64,000 nucleotides of DNA from the human T2T-CHM13v2.0 reference genome, Homo sapiens, in the NCBI RefSeq assembly GCF_009914755.1, contig NC_060926.1; one strand, given 5' to 3'. The translations under genes were made by a program, and so were the position numbers. Below, one piece after another: positions 1 through 12,239 of the stretch. The notes under the pieces were generated by a model, which saw only the letters and a list, made by a program, of their open reading frames with translations, had not been told where the DNA came from and did no database searches. Position 1 is the stretch's first letter. Each line of letters starts with the position of its first letter.

Positions 1-269
<269 letters not shown>

Positions 270-968
270 GAATGGGATTTGAAAAGTTGGAGCTGACTGA
301 GCAGTGGGTAGTGCCTCCATCAGTTCTGCAAGGAAGGGCCAGAGACCCCAGGATAGAGTGTAATAAGAAGTGCCACCCAGGTAAAACAGAGAGGATTTCT
401 TTCCAGTGAACTCAAGAATCTGTTTCAAAAACACTGTGAATGGATGTCATACCTCAGCTCAAACCAGTCCCTTCTCTGCCAAAACAAGCACAAACAGCAG
501 TGCCTTCATTCAGCTTGACCTTGGGTTCAGCATAGGGTAGACACTTGGAAAATGGGTGACAAGGTAAATTGCTAGAATGGAATTTTTTCTGTATAATCCT
601 TTTCAACAAATGCTCTTTGCCTACATGAGACACCATGCTCAGTGCTGCAGGGGTATGTAGGTCTGAGACACCATTCCTTACTTCAGAAAGCTTACAGTCT
701 AGTGAGACTCCATGGCAGAATGTTGAGTTTCCCGAAATACAAGCTTGGAGGAGGATGCAATCTGCTGAAGTTAGGGAGATGCCTAACAGATTGGATGGGA
801 GTGGTGGCACTTGGTAATGGTCAGCAAAGATGTCAAGGCTCTTGGCTCCTTTCTGTATACTAACAGCCAGCCCTTAAAGGCAAGTAGGGTGTCAACAACA
901 CAAAGTGACAGCAGTGTTCTAAGCAGAGAGAATACCATGTTTAAAGAAACAAACAAACAATCCCAGGA

Positions 969-1172
969 AACACAGCAAGACCCTATCCCTACAAATATAA
1001 TAAATAAAGATTAGCCAGGCATGGTGGCACATGCTTGTAGTCCCAGATACTCAGGAGGCTGAGGCAGGAAGATTACCTGAGTCCAGGAGATTTGAGGCTG
1101 CAGTGAGCCATGACCACACCACTGAACTCCAGCCTGTGACAAATCAACACTCTATATCTAAAAAAGAAGAAA
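969..1172 (+). mobile_element. Partial old Alu (AluJ-like, mostly right arm)
   Basis: TTAGCCAGGCATGGTGGCACATGCTTGTAGTCCCAG...GAGGCTGCAGTGAGCCATGACC followed by an A tail. Confidence 0.85.
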
Positions 1173-1409
1173 CCGAACAGAATCTCATAAAGGAAACTTC
1201 TGACCATTGAAAACAGAGATTGGAAGAAATTTAGGAAGTGTTTTACCAGCATTGGCTCCAGGAAACACATCCGTACAGACTGACAGATATTTCTGGACCT
1301 TGCTTTGATCCAAAATGTACCAGTCTTCTCATCTTATTTTTTGTTTCTTTGGGTGGCATCCTTACTGGGAAGAGAGAGTTCTTGTAAATATTAAATTGCC
1401 TTTGTAAGA

Positions 1410-1590
1410 ACATGAGCTTTGAAATCAGACAGACGTTGGCTCAAATCCACCCTCCCCACTTACCAGCTCTCTAACCTCTCTACATCTCAGGCTGTCCCTT
1501 CTGGGAGATGAGGTTGTTATAAGGAATAATAAAACTGCCTGCAAATGCCTAACACTGACACGGCACAAAGCAGGGGGTTGGAAAGTGTTC
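1410..1590 (+). mobile_element. MIR SINE fragment
   Basis: Decayed MIR core: GAGCTTTGAAATCAGACAGAC..GGCTCAAATCC..CCACTTACCAGCT. Confidence 0.65.
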
Positions 1591-2012
1591 ATTCTCCAGT
1601 TGTTCTGCTAATAATGGGTTTCTCTGCATTTTAGCCAGGCAGAAGTTTTTTCCCAGGACCTGGGTTTGAGACCTAGAATTATGGGAGAACTCATCTCAAG
1701 TTAATTAGAGGAAATGAAACTCAAAATCTTTGGTCTATACGTTATATTACCCGCTTTTCTCATTCCTCGAGAAATGCACCTAACTCTACACATGTGAAGC
1801 TGAGAAAGGAAAAATTATCAGAGAAAGTGGTTCCAGCAAATCTGATTTGCTGGAAGAAAACTACATCTTCCTTCTTTAATAATAGAGCAAAAATTTAACA
1901 AAGATTTTTTTCAAATACAATCAATATTACTATTAAGAAAGTTACCATTCAAATAAACAAACAAAAAAGATGACTTGACTGACACTTTTAAGTTGATTCA
2001 GAATCGTTTAGA

Positions 2013-2353
2013 TAGAGATTGGCAACTTTCTTCAGTAAAAGTTCAGATAGTAAATATTTTAGGCTTGAGGGCCATACAGTCTCTGTCATAAGCACTTGAC
2101 TATACCACCGTAGTGTAAAAACAACCACAGACAACACATAAACAAATGAGCTTCCTTGTGTTGCAATAAAACTTTATTTGTGGACACTTAAATTTGAATT
2201 TTATATAATTTGTACATATCAGAAAATATTCTTCTTTTTTTTATTTTTTCCCCAACTATTTAAAAATGTAAAAAATGTTCTTAGCTCACAAGGCTGTATA
2301 AAAACAGGCAGTAAATGGGAATTGGTTCATGATATTTTGCTTTGTTGACCCTG
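2013..2353. mobile_element. MER58B-like hAT-Charlie DNA transposon
   Basis: GATAGTAAATATTTTAGGCTT..GGGCCATACAGTCTCTGTC..CAATAAAACTTTATTT, with decayed terminal inverted repeats (TIRs) ending GACCCTG. Confidence 0.8.
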
Positions 2354-3450
2354 ACTTAGATACTTAGGCCTTAAAGGACACTTAGCCCTTAAGGGAATCT
2401 CAGGAGACATCTTGTCCAAGACCTAGATGTTCTGGTTGAGGATCACACCCATGGAGAGAAAGTTGATTTGTTCAAGATCAGCTGAGTCTCTCAAGACCAA
2501 CATCACAGGCTCAACGCTAAGAATATAGCTGTTAAATGTCAGGTAATTATTGGATCAAAATTGGAGAAACCCCTTTTTCTTCAACTTGTGTTTGTTGCAT
2601 TCAATGTCTGTCCAATAGTCAGTTTAACAGATTCCCCCGCTCTCTGCAGTTTTAAGTTTACTCTGTCGTTTTATAACTTGGTCACGAGACAGATGGGTGA
2701 AAGATTCTCAGAAGTGAAATATGATGAGCAATTTTGTGTCACAACACAGAGCAGAATGATGTGCTCTCTACCTGAATGTTATTAGGAGGCATTCGGAAAC
2801 ATTGAAATGTGCCTCCAACCTTAGGACGCTATAAAAGACAACACTGTAATTTCACCTTCACACGCAACTACCAAAGGAAATAAAAACTATAAAATGTAGA
2901 GAGCGATTTTCTCTTTTAAAAATTGCTTTACATATTTTAACTCTTGTATTTCCCTTGGGGGTTAGATATTTCAGTCACATAGTTACCCAATTAAAATGAA
3001 GACTCTCTGCTTTATCCTTTAGGTGAGGACAGCTGCCAGCTGCTGAGTTTTATAAAGTCTTTAATCTTGTCCATAAATATTTAACAAGAATCAGTTGGTA
3101 CACAAGCAGAAGTAAAAAGTAAGAAATCAAAGAAAGGATCTTGGAAATAACCTCTATATTTTGTGAAAGCTGCCTAAAACAAAGGCAGGATGACCAATTT
3201 TCTCTTTTTTCTGTTAAAATCTTAAATATTTCTGAGTATTTTAATCACTCTTTTAGGCTGCTTGTCTTCACAATGTGCAAAAATAGCCAGATTATAAAAT
3301 GATATTAAATGTGACTATCTGTGCCCTTTTCTCTAGCATCCTGCCATTTGTTTCTGAGAGAGCCTCTCATGTTTCCATAGAAACCCACACAGAGAATCTC
3401 TAAGAACTTTAGCAACATTTGATGATACAGACCCCTCTTCTATTTGCATA

Positions 3451-3490
<40 letters not shown>
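3451..3490. repeat. Compound (CA)n(GA)n microsatellite abutting Tigger1
   Basis: Seen directly in the sequence. Confidence 0.95.
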
Positions 3491-3494
3491 TACA

Positions 3495-6270
3495 CAGGCA
3501 TATCTTGTTTTATTGTGCTCTGCTTTATCGCTCTTCACAGATACTTTGTTTTTGACAAATTGAAGGTTTGTGTCAACCCCACATGAGCAAGCCAGTCAGA
3601 ACCATTTTTCCAATAGCATGTGTCACTCCCTGTCCCTGTGTCAAATTTTTCATTATTATATCTGTTATGCTGACCTGTGAGCCACTGATCTTTCATGTTA
3701 CTGTTGTAGTTATTTTGGGGCACCTCCAACCATACCCATATAAGATAATAAACGTAATCACTAAATATGTGCTCTGACTACTCCAAACAACTGGCCATTT
3801 CCCCATCTCTCTTCCTCTCCTTGGGTCTCCCTATTCACTGAGATACAACAATATTGAAATTAGGGCAATTAACAACCCCACAATGGCCTCTAAGTGGTCA
3901 AGTGAAAGAAAGAATTGCAAGTCTCTCACTTTAAATCAAAAGCTAGAATTGACTAAGATTAGTGAGGAAGGCATGTCAAAAGCTAAGATAGGCTAAAAGC
4001 TATCTTGCACCAAACAGACAAGTTGTAATGCAAAGGAAAAATTGTTAAAGGAAGTTAAAAGTGCTACCCTGGTGAACATACAAATAAGGAAGCGAAACAG
4101 CTTTTTTGCTGATATGGAGAAAGTTTTAGTGGTCTGGATAAAAAATCAAACCATTCCCTTAGGCCAAAACCTAATCCAGAGAGCAAAGCCTAAACTCTCC
4201 TCAATTTTATGAAGGTTGAGAGAGGTGAAGAAGCTACCGAAGAAAATTTAGAAGCTAGCAGAAGTTGGTTCAAATCCTGCCATTTGTTTCTAAGACAGCA
4301 TCTCATGTTTCCATGGAAACTCACACAGAGGATCTTTAAGATTTAAGGAAAGCAGCCATATCCATAACATAAAAGTGCAAGGTGAAACAGGAAATGCTGA
4401 TGTAGAAGCTACAATGAGTTATCCAGAAAATCTAGCTAAGATCACTGATGAAGGTGGCTACACTAAACAACGGATTTTCCATGTGGATAAAATAGCCTTC
4501 TAATAGAAGAAGCTGCCATGTAGGACTTTCATAGCTGGAAAGGAGAAGCCAATGCCAGCTTCAAAGCTTAAAAGTACAGGCTGATTGCTTTATTAGGGGC
4601 TAATGCAGCTGGTGAATTTAAGTTGAAGTCAGTGCTCATTTACCATTTGGAAAATCTAGGGCCCTTAAGAATTATGCTAAATCTACCCTGTCTGTGTTTT
4701 ATAAATGGAAAAATCAATTCTGAATAACAGCACATCTGCTTACAGCATGGTTTACTGAATATTTTAAGCCTGCTGTTGAGACCTTGATATGGTTTGGCTA
4801 TGTCCCCACCCAAATCTTATCAACAATTGTAATCCCCATAATCCCCTTCTGCCTAGAGAGAAACCTGGTGGGAGGTGATTGGATCATGGGGGTAGTTTCT
4901 CCCATGCTGTTCTCATAATAGTGAGTAATTTCTCATGAAATCTGATGGTTTTCTAAGGGGCTTTTTCCCCTTCACTACTCGGTCTTCTCTCCCTGCCACC
5001 ATGTGAAGGAGGTTTTTGCTTCCCCTTTGCCTCCCACCATAATTGTAAGTTTCCCGAGGCCTCCCTAGCCATGTGGAACTGTGAGTCAGTTAAACTTCTT
5101 TCCTTTATAAATTACCCAGTCTCAGGTATTTCTTTAGAGTAGTGTGAAAACAGACTAATACAGACCTATTACACAGAAAAAAAGATTACTCTTGAAATAT
5201 TACCACTCACTGACAATGCACCTGGTTCATCTAAGAGTTCTAATGGAGGTGTACAAGGAGATTAATGTAGTTTTAATGCCCACTAAGACAACATTCATTC
5301 TTCATTCCATGAATCAAGGAGTAATTTCAATTTTCAAGTCATATTAAAAAATACATTTAATAAGACTATAGCTATACATAGTGATTCCACAGATGGATCT
5401 GGGTAAAGTAAATTGACAATCTTCTGGAAAAGATTCACCTTTTCAGATATCATTAAGAACATTCAGAATTCATGGGAAGAAGTCAAAATATCAACATTAA
5501 CAGAAATTTGGAAGAAGTTGATTCCAACCCTCATGAATGACTTTGAGGGGTTCAAGACTTCAGTGGAGGATGTGACTGCAGGTGTGGCAGAAATAGCAAG
5601 ACAACTAGAATTAGAAGCAGAGCCTGAAGCTGTCATTGAATTGGTACAATCTCATGATAAATATTGAATGGATAAAGAATTACTTCTTATGGATAAGCAA
5701 AGAAAATGGTTTATTGAGATGGAATCTACACCTGGTGAAGATGCTGTGAACATTGTTGAAATGACAAAAAAGGGTTTGAATGTTATGTAAATGTAAGTGA
5801 TAAAGCAGCAACAGGGTTTGAGAGAATTGACTCCAATTTTCAAAGAAGCTTTATTGTGGGTAAAATGCTATTAAACAGCATTGCATACTACAGAGAAATT
5901 CTTTGTGAAAGGAAGAGTCTATTGATGTGGCAACTTTACTGTTGTCTTATTTTAAGAACTTGCCACAACCACTCCAACCTTCAGCAACCACCAGCATGAA
6001 CAGTCAGCAGCCATCGACATCAAGACAAGACCCTCCACCAGCAAAAAGATTACAACTTGCTGAAGGCCCAAATGATTGTTAGCGTTTTTAATTAAGGTAT
6101 GCACATTACTTTTTAGACATAATGCTCCTTCATACTACTAGACTATAGTATAATATAAACATAACTTTTATATACACTGGAAAAACAAAAAAATTGTGTG
6201 ACTCACTTTATTGCAATATTCACTCTATTGAGGTAATTTGGAACCAAACCCACAATATCTCTGAGGTATA
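3495..6270 (+). mobile_element. Near full-length Tigger1 (TcMar-Tigger/pogo) DNA transposon with decayed transposase; interrupted by a THE1 LTR and a 68-bp insertion
   Basis: Left end reads CAGGCATATCTTGTTTTATTG and right end reads ..CAATATCTCTGAGGTATA. ORF 5413-5667 (WEEVKISTLTEIWKKLIPTLMNDFEGFKTSVE) is Tigger1/TIGD1-like transposase. Multiple stops and frameshifts; about 2.3-2.4 kb remains after removing the inserts. Confidence 0.93.
4785..5162 (+). mobile_element. THE1 (THE1D-like) MaLR solo LTR nested in Tigger1
   Basis: TGATATGGTTTGGCT...CAGACTAATACA, with a perfect 5-bp target-site duplication (TSD) GACCT at 4780-4784 and 5163-5167. Confidence 0.93.
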
Positions 6271-6290
6271 TATATATATATATATATATA
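6267..6290. repeat. (TA)n at the right end of Tigger1
   Basis: Seen directly in the sequence. Confidence 0.9.
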
Positions 6291-6784
6291 CACACGCAAA
6301 CTCACATATGTACACACACAGTCACCTACACAGAGACCACCACCACCACCATCCTATACATCACTGTCACAATATCCCAAAAAGGCTAAAAACTAAGGAA
6401 CTAATCATGAATGGACCAAGGATTCACATCTTCTTCTTTGGTCTGCCAGGTAGGGAATGCTGCCACTGCTTTGACCAGCCTTTGGACTTCCTCCTTTTCT
6501 TTTCCCACTTCCCAGTTCCACTTTGCAAGGCTGAACCTCTCAAAGTCGTCTTCAATTCCATGTCCTCCCTTGTGTATAGAGGGCCCTTGTGAGATTATCC
6601 TGTCCATTCTCCTACTTCCTGTTGGATCATAGAGCACTCTAGAGAATGGAGAATTTATACTACTGGTGAATTTATACTACTCTGTTCTAAACCCTTTTAG
6701 AAAAGAGGGTTTTCTCCACTTGCCTTAGTAACTAACAAATTTTAGGACTGAGAATTCTTCTCAGTCCTAAATGGACTGAGATGG

Positions 6785-7005
6785 ACATAAAGATGGGACA
6801 TAAAGATGGGAACAATAAACACTGGGGACTCCAAGGACAGGGGCAGGAAGGAGAAAGGATAGCAAGGATTGAAAAATGATCTATTGGTTACTATGTTCAC
6901 TATTTGGGGTGATGGGTTCAATAGCAACCCAAACCCCACCATTATTCAATATACCCATATAACAAACCTGCACATTATTCCCTAAACCTATAATGTAAAA
7001 AAAAT
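6785..7005 (+). mobile_element. 5'-truncated L1 3' end (L1PB-like)
   Basis: GGAACAATAAACACTGGGGACTCC..GTTCACTATTTGGGGTGATGGGTTCAATAG..AACAAACCTGCACAT, followed by an A tail. Confidence 0.85.
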
Positions 7006-7377
7006 TTGAAGGCAACTGCTTCATTGTGACAGAGAAGACAAGTAGATGAAAGACAGAGTCAACCATAAAGAGGGACGAAGAGAGAGAGAAAAATACATTA
7101 ATTGATATTCCTCAGCCCTCCTTATTCTAGCTCCATAATTCTGAGCATCCAAGTTGTTCATTTCTTTTGAAATATTATTTTTCTATTTCTTTAATCCTAC
7201 TTTGGGTTTCTTCTGTTATCCCAGCTTCAGGATTTTCTGCTTATGGTCACTGCAGAAAACCCAGACTGTTTAGGAGTTCTCTGGACCTCTAAGGTTGCTT
7301 ACCTCTAATGATTGTCCATCCTGATCCTGTTCCTTTATACAAGCCAACATGTCCACAGCCCACTTAACACTTCGGCC

Positions 7378-7487
7378 ATTTTCTCAACAAATACTTAGAG
7401 AGTATCTACTATGTACCAGGCATGGTTCCGGGCATGGGCTTATAAGAACGAGCAAAAGTGACATAAATCCCTGCCTATTAAGAGCTT
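7378..7487 (-). mobile_element. L2 3' end fragment
   Basis: CAACAAATACTTAGAGAGTATCTACTATGTACCAGGCA resembles the reverse complement of the L2 3' terminus. Confidence 0.65.
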
Positions 7488-7769
7488 GCACACTGCCCTC
7501 AGCTTGATCCAACCAAGCTTGGATTCCAGGCCTTCTCCAGTCCTCCCAGACTCATGGCTTAGCCTCCCCCTTATGATCCTATTGCTTCCCGTGGCCCATT
7601 GGGTGCTGGTGTTTATTTCTCACTGCCTTAACTCTAGACTCTTCTATAGGTTGGCTCAGAGCTACCCAATGCCTTTTGTTTTTATTTTTCTACTATCTCA
7701 AATTGGGTCCCCAGACAGCCTAGTGGGTTAGGCAGAAAACTCTCATCACAAAAGTTTTTAAAATTTTTG

Positions 7770-7955
7770 TATATTGTGTTTTCTGTATGCCAGGTGCTGT
7801 TTAAGTGCCTTAGATATTAATGTATCTAATCTTTGTAACAACCCCTAAAATAAAGTAGATGTAGTTTAGCCCTGTATGTTGACTAACTCATAAATAGAGA
7901 AGTTGTGACCTGCCCAAAGTCACCCAGACAAAAAGGGGCAAACCTGGGTTTGCCA
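7770..7955 (-). mobile_element. MIR
   Basis: TGCCAGGTGCTGTTTAAGTGC..AACAACCCC..GTGACCTGCCCAAAGTCACCCAG. Confidence 0.65.
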
Positions 7956-9389
7956 TCCTACATTTGACAATGTGGCTTTTCATTTGCTCCGGGTATTCTT
8001 ATTACCTCTTATGCTTCTGTCCATATCTCCTTTGCCCTGAGATCATTTGAAATATGACCCTTACTATACATACAATCTATCTCTCAGTGTTCCTCTTTCA
8101 TAAGTGGCACTGGGCCAAGGACATCACCCCACAGGTCCCACTTGTTCCATCTTCTAAGTTGATAAAGAGGAAGACATCTAAGATCTGTTTTGTCAAACTG
8201 CAAAGAACTGGTGCTTGAGCATGCTCCCCGCATCTTAGTTCTGGTATCATAAAAGGTGTTTGGATTTTACTATCCCCTCCCATATGGCACTTCATTATAT
8301 TGTCCACATGACATCCTCTCTCCTTGACATATCTCATCCCTCATGTAATGATAATTATCATCGCTGCACTCCTCTAACTTCTCCAGGGCAGTTTCCTACA
8401 GATCTAGGTTTTGTTTTATTTATCAGTTCTGTCTGCCCTTTCTTGCCTTAATTAAACTCAGCCTCAGGACACAGAAAGCCAGAGAACTTATTTTTTCTTC
8501 CCTTTGATGAAAGCAATATTGTTTCTTGGGGATAGAAAATATCATATCCCTCAACCCATCTTCTACCTCAAACACCCTTTGTCCTATGTTTTCCCATGTT
8601 TGTTTGACTGAGTGTTTCAAGGCTTGATTTACATTTTAATGGTTTCTAATCCAAAGGAAAATAATGAATGGGAAGTAGCCTTTACCCCTTTTACCAGCAA
8701 CTTTTATCATTTTTCCAAAGCATTGAATAGTAGCTATATTCTCATTCCGGACAATCTTCACAACTCACCAGAGGCCCTTCTGTTATTTGCATAAATAGAT
8801 GGGTGGAAAAGAATTTCTCTGATGATAGCCAATCTCAGTTAACTGTGGCTTATGGGAAAGAAAGGCCAGCAGATTCTCAACTTCCACAATATGTCCATGT
8901 AGGTAGTATGGCTTGAGGGTTTACCCCAAAACTGGGACTTTTACATTCTCCCAATCATCATTTAAAACAGAGACACAAAATACTGCTTTGGGTTCATGTA
9001 AAGTCATTGATATCTTAGTACAATGAACACACTGAATTCTTCCAAGACTGAAGTGGCCAGTGACCACACTCATGACAAAAGGTCCAGTCCATTCCTCTTC
9101 CACATGAAAGAATGACATTTCTGGGACATTGTGCCACTGACTTCTCATGGTTGTCCCTTGTCTTCAGGCTTAAATCTAGGCTGGAAAGCCTGACGATAAG
9201 ACTAACCATAGTGGATAGTCTAATTTTTTATGATATGTTCCATTTGAAATAACAGAAATCTGTTGAAGGTTTTGCTTGCATGTCTCTGTTACTTTCACTA
9301 CTGGCAAGGGCAGGTGGCTATTTATATTCCCTCAATCTAAGCCATTCTATCCCCTGGGCCCTCTCCTCTCTCACCTATCAGGACACCTC

Positions 9390-9730
9390 ACATTTCTCTG
9401 TTCCCTCTGCCTCAGTGGTCAGCCCCAGTCTCCTGCTCCTTCTGTACTTGGCTAATTCCTTTTTCCCAGCAAGACTCAGCTGAGATGTCCCCTCCATAGT
9501 GAAGGCCTCCTTGACTGCCTATCCCTGTCTACTCTGCATTCTGGGATGATCGCATGTTCCTCTCCATTGTGTCACTGAACGTAATGATCATTGTCTTCCC
9601 TGCCGCTATCATTCTGTCAGGAAAAAGGATGTTTTTCATTCATGTTTCCTCCATGACTCCCAAAAATAATGTAGTAATTTAATAAGTTGATGAACAATGG
9701 TATCAATGATTCAATAAATGAGTAAATAAA
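9390..9730 (+). mobile_element. L2 fragment
   Basis: CTGTTCCCTCTGCCT..AAGACTCAGCTGAGATGTCCCCTCC..GAAGGCCTCCTTGAC, with an L2-like AATAAATGA tail. Confidence 0.6.
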
Positions 9731-10526
9731 GGGAAAGAACAGATATGGAGTCACCCAATATCATATCCCCAGGGTCACAATTTTCCCAAGGACCACCCCT
9801 CATTATGGGGACCAAAAAGCCCAGCAGCTACCTGAAAATGCCATATAAAGTATAAACCCAGGGTCACTGAGTCCCAGGAGAGTCTCGACTTTGCAACATT
9901 CAGTCATAAAGAGCAGGTTCCCATTGTTTAGCCAAAGGGGCAGGTTATTCACTGCAGCTGTGTCCAAGGCATGAAGATCTCACTGATATCCATCAGCAAA
10001 GCCAGCATGGATCCCGGATCACTAACAGGAACTTTCTCAGCCCAGAGAGAACCCAAAGCAAATCTTGTGTTGACAGCAGTTTCTTGGTCAGTCCCCTGAA
10101 AGTCCCACTTCCTACTCAAGGACATGAACATGCAAATCTTAAATCTGCCAGTGAAACTGAACTCTTCTGAACTAATTATCACTTATGTATCCATGGCAAC
10201 AGGGCAGACCCTAGATACCTCAGCCTGCCCAAAGAGCTAAACATTTTTTTTTTAGGCAATGCTTTGTACCTTATCATTATCACAAACATGATTTTTTAAA
10301 TGCCCCCACAGAATGAAGCTCAGCTCTTAGAAAAGCATACAAATAACCACATATGAAAAAAATCTATATTTTATAGTTCTGACAGTCAGGAGGTTGATAT
10401 CCTTAATATTTACTTGGAAAAGGTATAAAAGAAAAAGGGTAAAACCTTATTTTTGTAAGGGAGTAGGGAGATACTTGCACTCCTGAAAAGATAGAATAGA
10501 TGTAAGCTTCTCAATTCCTGCCACTA

Positions 10527-11800
10527 AGGGCAATTAAACACTCTAGACATTAAATATAAAACAAATGAGAAGGCTCTGAAAGGTGGCGAGAAGAAGGAAG
10601 GCAGATGGGCTAGGGACCTCGGACCCAATGTGGTGCTGAGTGGCCTGGGTTGGTTGTTTGTTTTTTGTTTTGTTTTGTTTTGCCTTGAGTATCCCAGACT
10701 TGGAGCTGAAGAAGCCAGCAACCTGGAAATACTGATGAGGGCAGGCCAAAAACAAAATATCACCCCAAAAAGACCCCCAAGAAAGAGGAAACCTAGTGAG
10801 ACAGATCACTTATTGATAATAATTTGCTCTATTCCACTCAAACCCCATCCACACCAGCAAAGACCTCATGGGTAGCTTTGACTTCCACCCTCTTCTGACT
10901 AACAAGGTGCCCCTACTACCCCACACCGGGGTGATGTCAGAGAAGGCAAAGTAAGGAGGTAAGGGGCCCAGACTTTCAACCCAATTGGGCAGTAACAATG
11001 TCCCCCACTGTCACAGTGCGAGTGGAGACCATGTAGGAAGCTTGAACCATCCCAGTAACAGCTCGCCTGCCAGCAGTCGCAAGGTGGATTGGTATCAGAG
11101 GCCTAGTGGAGAATCAAGATCCTTACCACCATCCAGGGATGATGAGAGCACCCTTGCCTCATGGCATCAGCAAAGGCCATTGCAGGAGCACTAACAAGGC
11201 ATCCATCCCTCTCCTAGGCAAGGTAGTGTCAGCAAAGACCTAGTGGGAAGCCAGAACTCCTACCCCAACCAGCAGTAATGACCCCTCTGGTGCCAACAGA
11301 GAGCAAGTGAGGAACCAGGATTCCCACCCGTACCTGGCAGTAATGAGTGGTGCGGCCCCTTCCTCTAATGGAGCAATGCTACAAAATGACAGCAAAAATG
11401 GAAGGTCTGGATAACATCCCAAGTCTCAACACATAATACCAAACATGTCCAGGTTTCAATAAAAAATCATCACAAGATATACAAAGAACCAGAAAAATCT
11501 CAACTTGAATAGAAAAAAAAATAGACAACAACACAGATAAATGTTAGTCGTTGTATAATACTTAAGGTGAATTAGGAACACATTTGAAACAAAAGACAAA
11601 AACAGAAAGATTCAGCAAATAAACAGAAGATACAAAGAAGAACCAAATGGAAAGTAAGTTTAGAACTAAAAAGTACAATAACCTAAATAAAACTCAGTGG
11701 CTAGACCCAACAGCACAATGTTGAAGGCAGGGGAAATAATTGGTGACCTTGAAGATAAAACAATTGAAATTTCCAAACCGAACAAGAAGGAAAGAGAATA
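10527..11800 (+). mobile_element. Old L1 (L1MD-like) 5' region and start of ORF1
   Basis: Matches an L1M 5'-end pattern (CCAGACTTGGAGCTGAAGAAGCCAGCAACCTGGAAA; repeated CCAGCAGTAATGA units), followed by A-rich ORF1 coiled-coil-like sequence. Confidence 0.65.
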
Positions 11801-11850
11801 AATAAGTGAATATATATATTCACTTACATGTGTACATATATTCACTTGTA

Positions 11851-11869
11851 TGTGATGTGTGTGTGTGTA

Positions 11870-11900
<31 letters not shown>
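11851..11900. repeat. (TG)n microsatellite
   Basis: Seen directly in the sequence. Confidence 0.95.
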
Positions 11901-11904
11901 ACAT

Positions 11905-12025
11905 ATGAAACTGAGGTAAAAGTTACATGGACTCTCTTTGTATTATTTCTTATTATTATGTTATTTCTTATTAGTGCATGTCAATATACAATTATCTAAA
12001 AATAAAGAGTGTCATTAAAAAAGAA
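11905..12025 (+). mobile_element. L1MC/MD-like 3' terminus
   Basis: GAAACTGAGGTAAAAGTTACATGGACTCTCTTTGTATTATTTCTTA..TACAATTATCTAAAATAAA. Confidence 0.6.
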
Positions 12026-12239
12026 AGTAGAAAATGGGAGAGGTCTTGAATGGCAATTCACCAAAGAACAAATAAACATAGCAAATAAAGCTGGGGGGGA
12101 AAGTTTAACCTTACTAATCAGTGAAGTCAAGACAGAATTTTAAGCAAGAAATAAGTTTCCAGCAATTTCTCCACATAATGGAGTAAAACATTTTCACATA
12201 ATAGGACCTTTTGGGATTTGTGTATCATAATAGTTTTGC

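Noticed and set aside
5413-5667. TIGD1-like ORF as a domesticated transposase gene
   Set aside because: It is a short open piece of a Tigger1 disrupted by stops, frameshifts and an LTR insertion.
6401-6637. Protein-looking minus-strand ORF as an exon or pseudogene
   Set aside because: No recognisable homology, poly-A or TSD.
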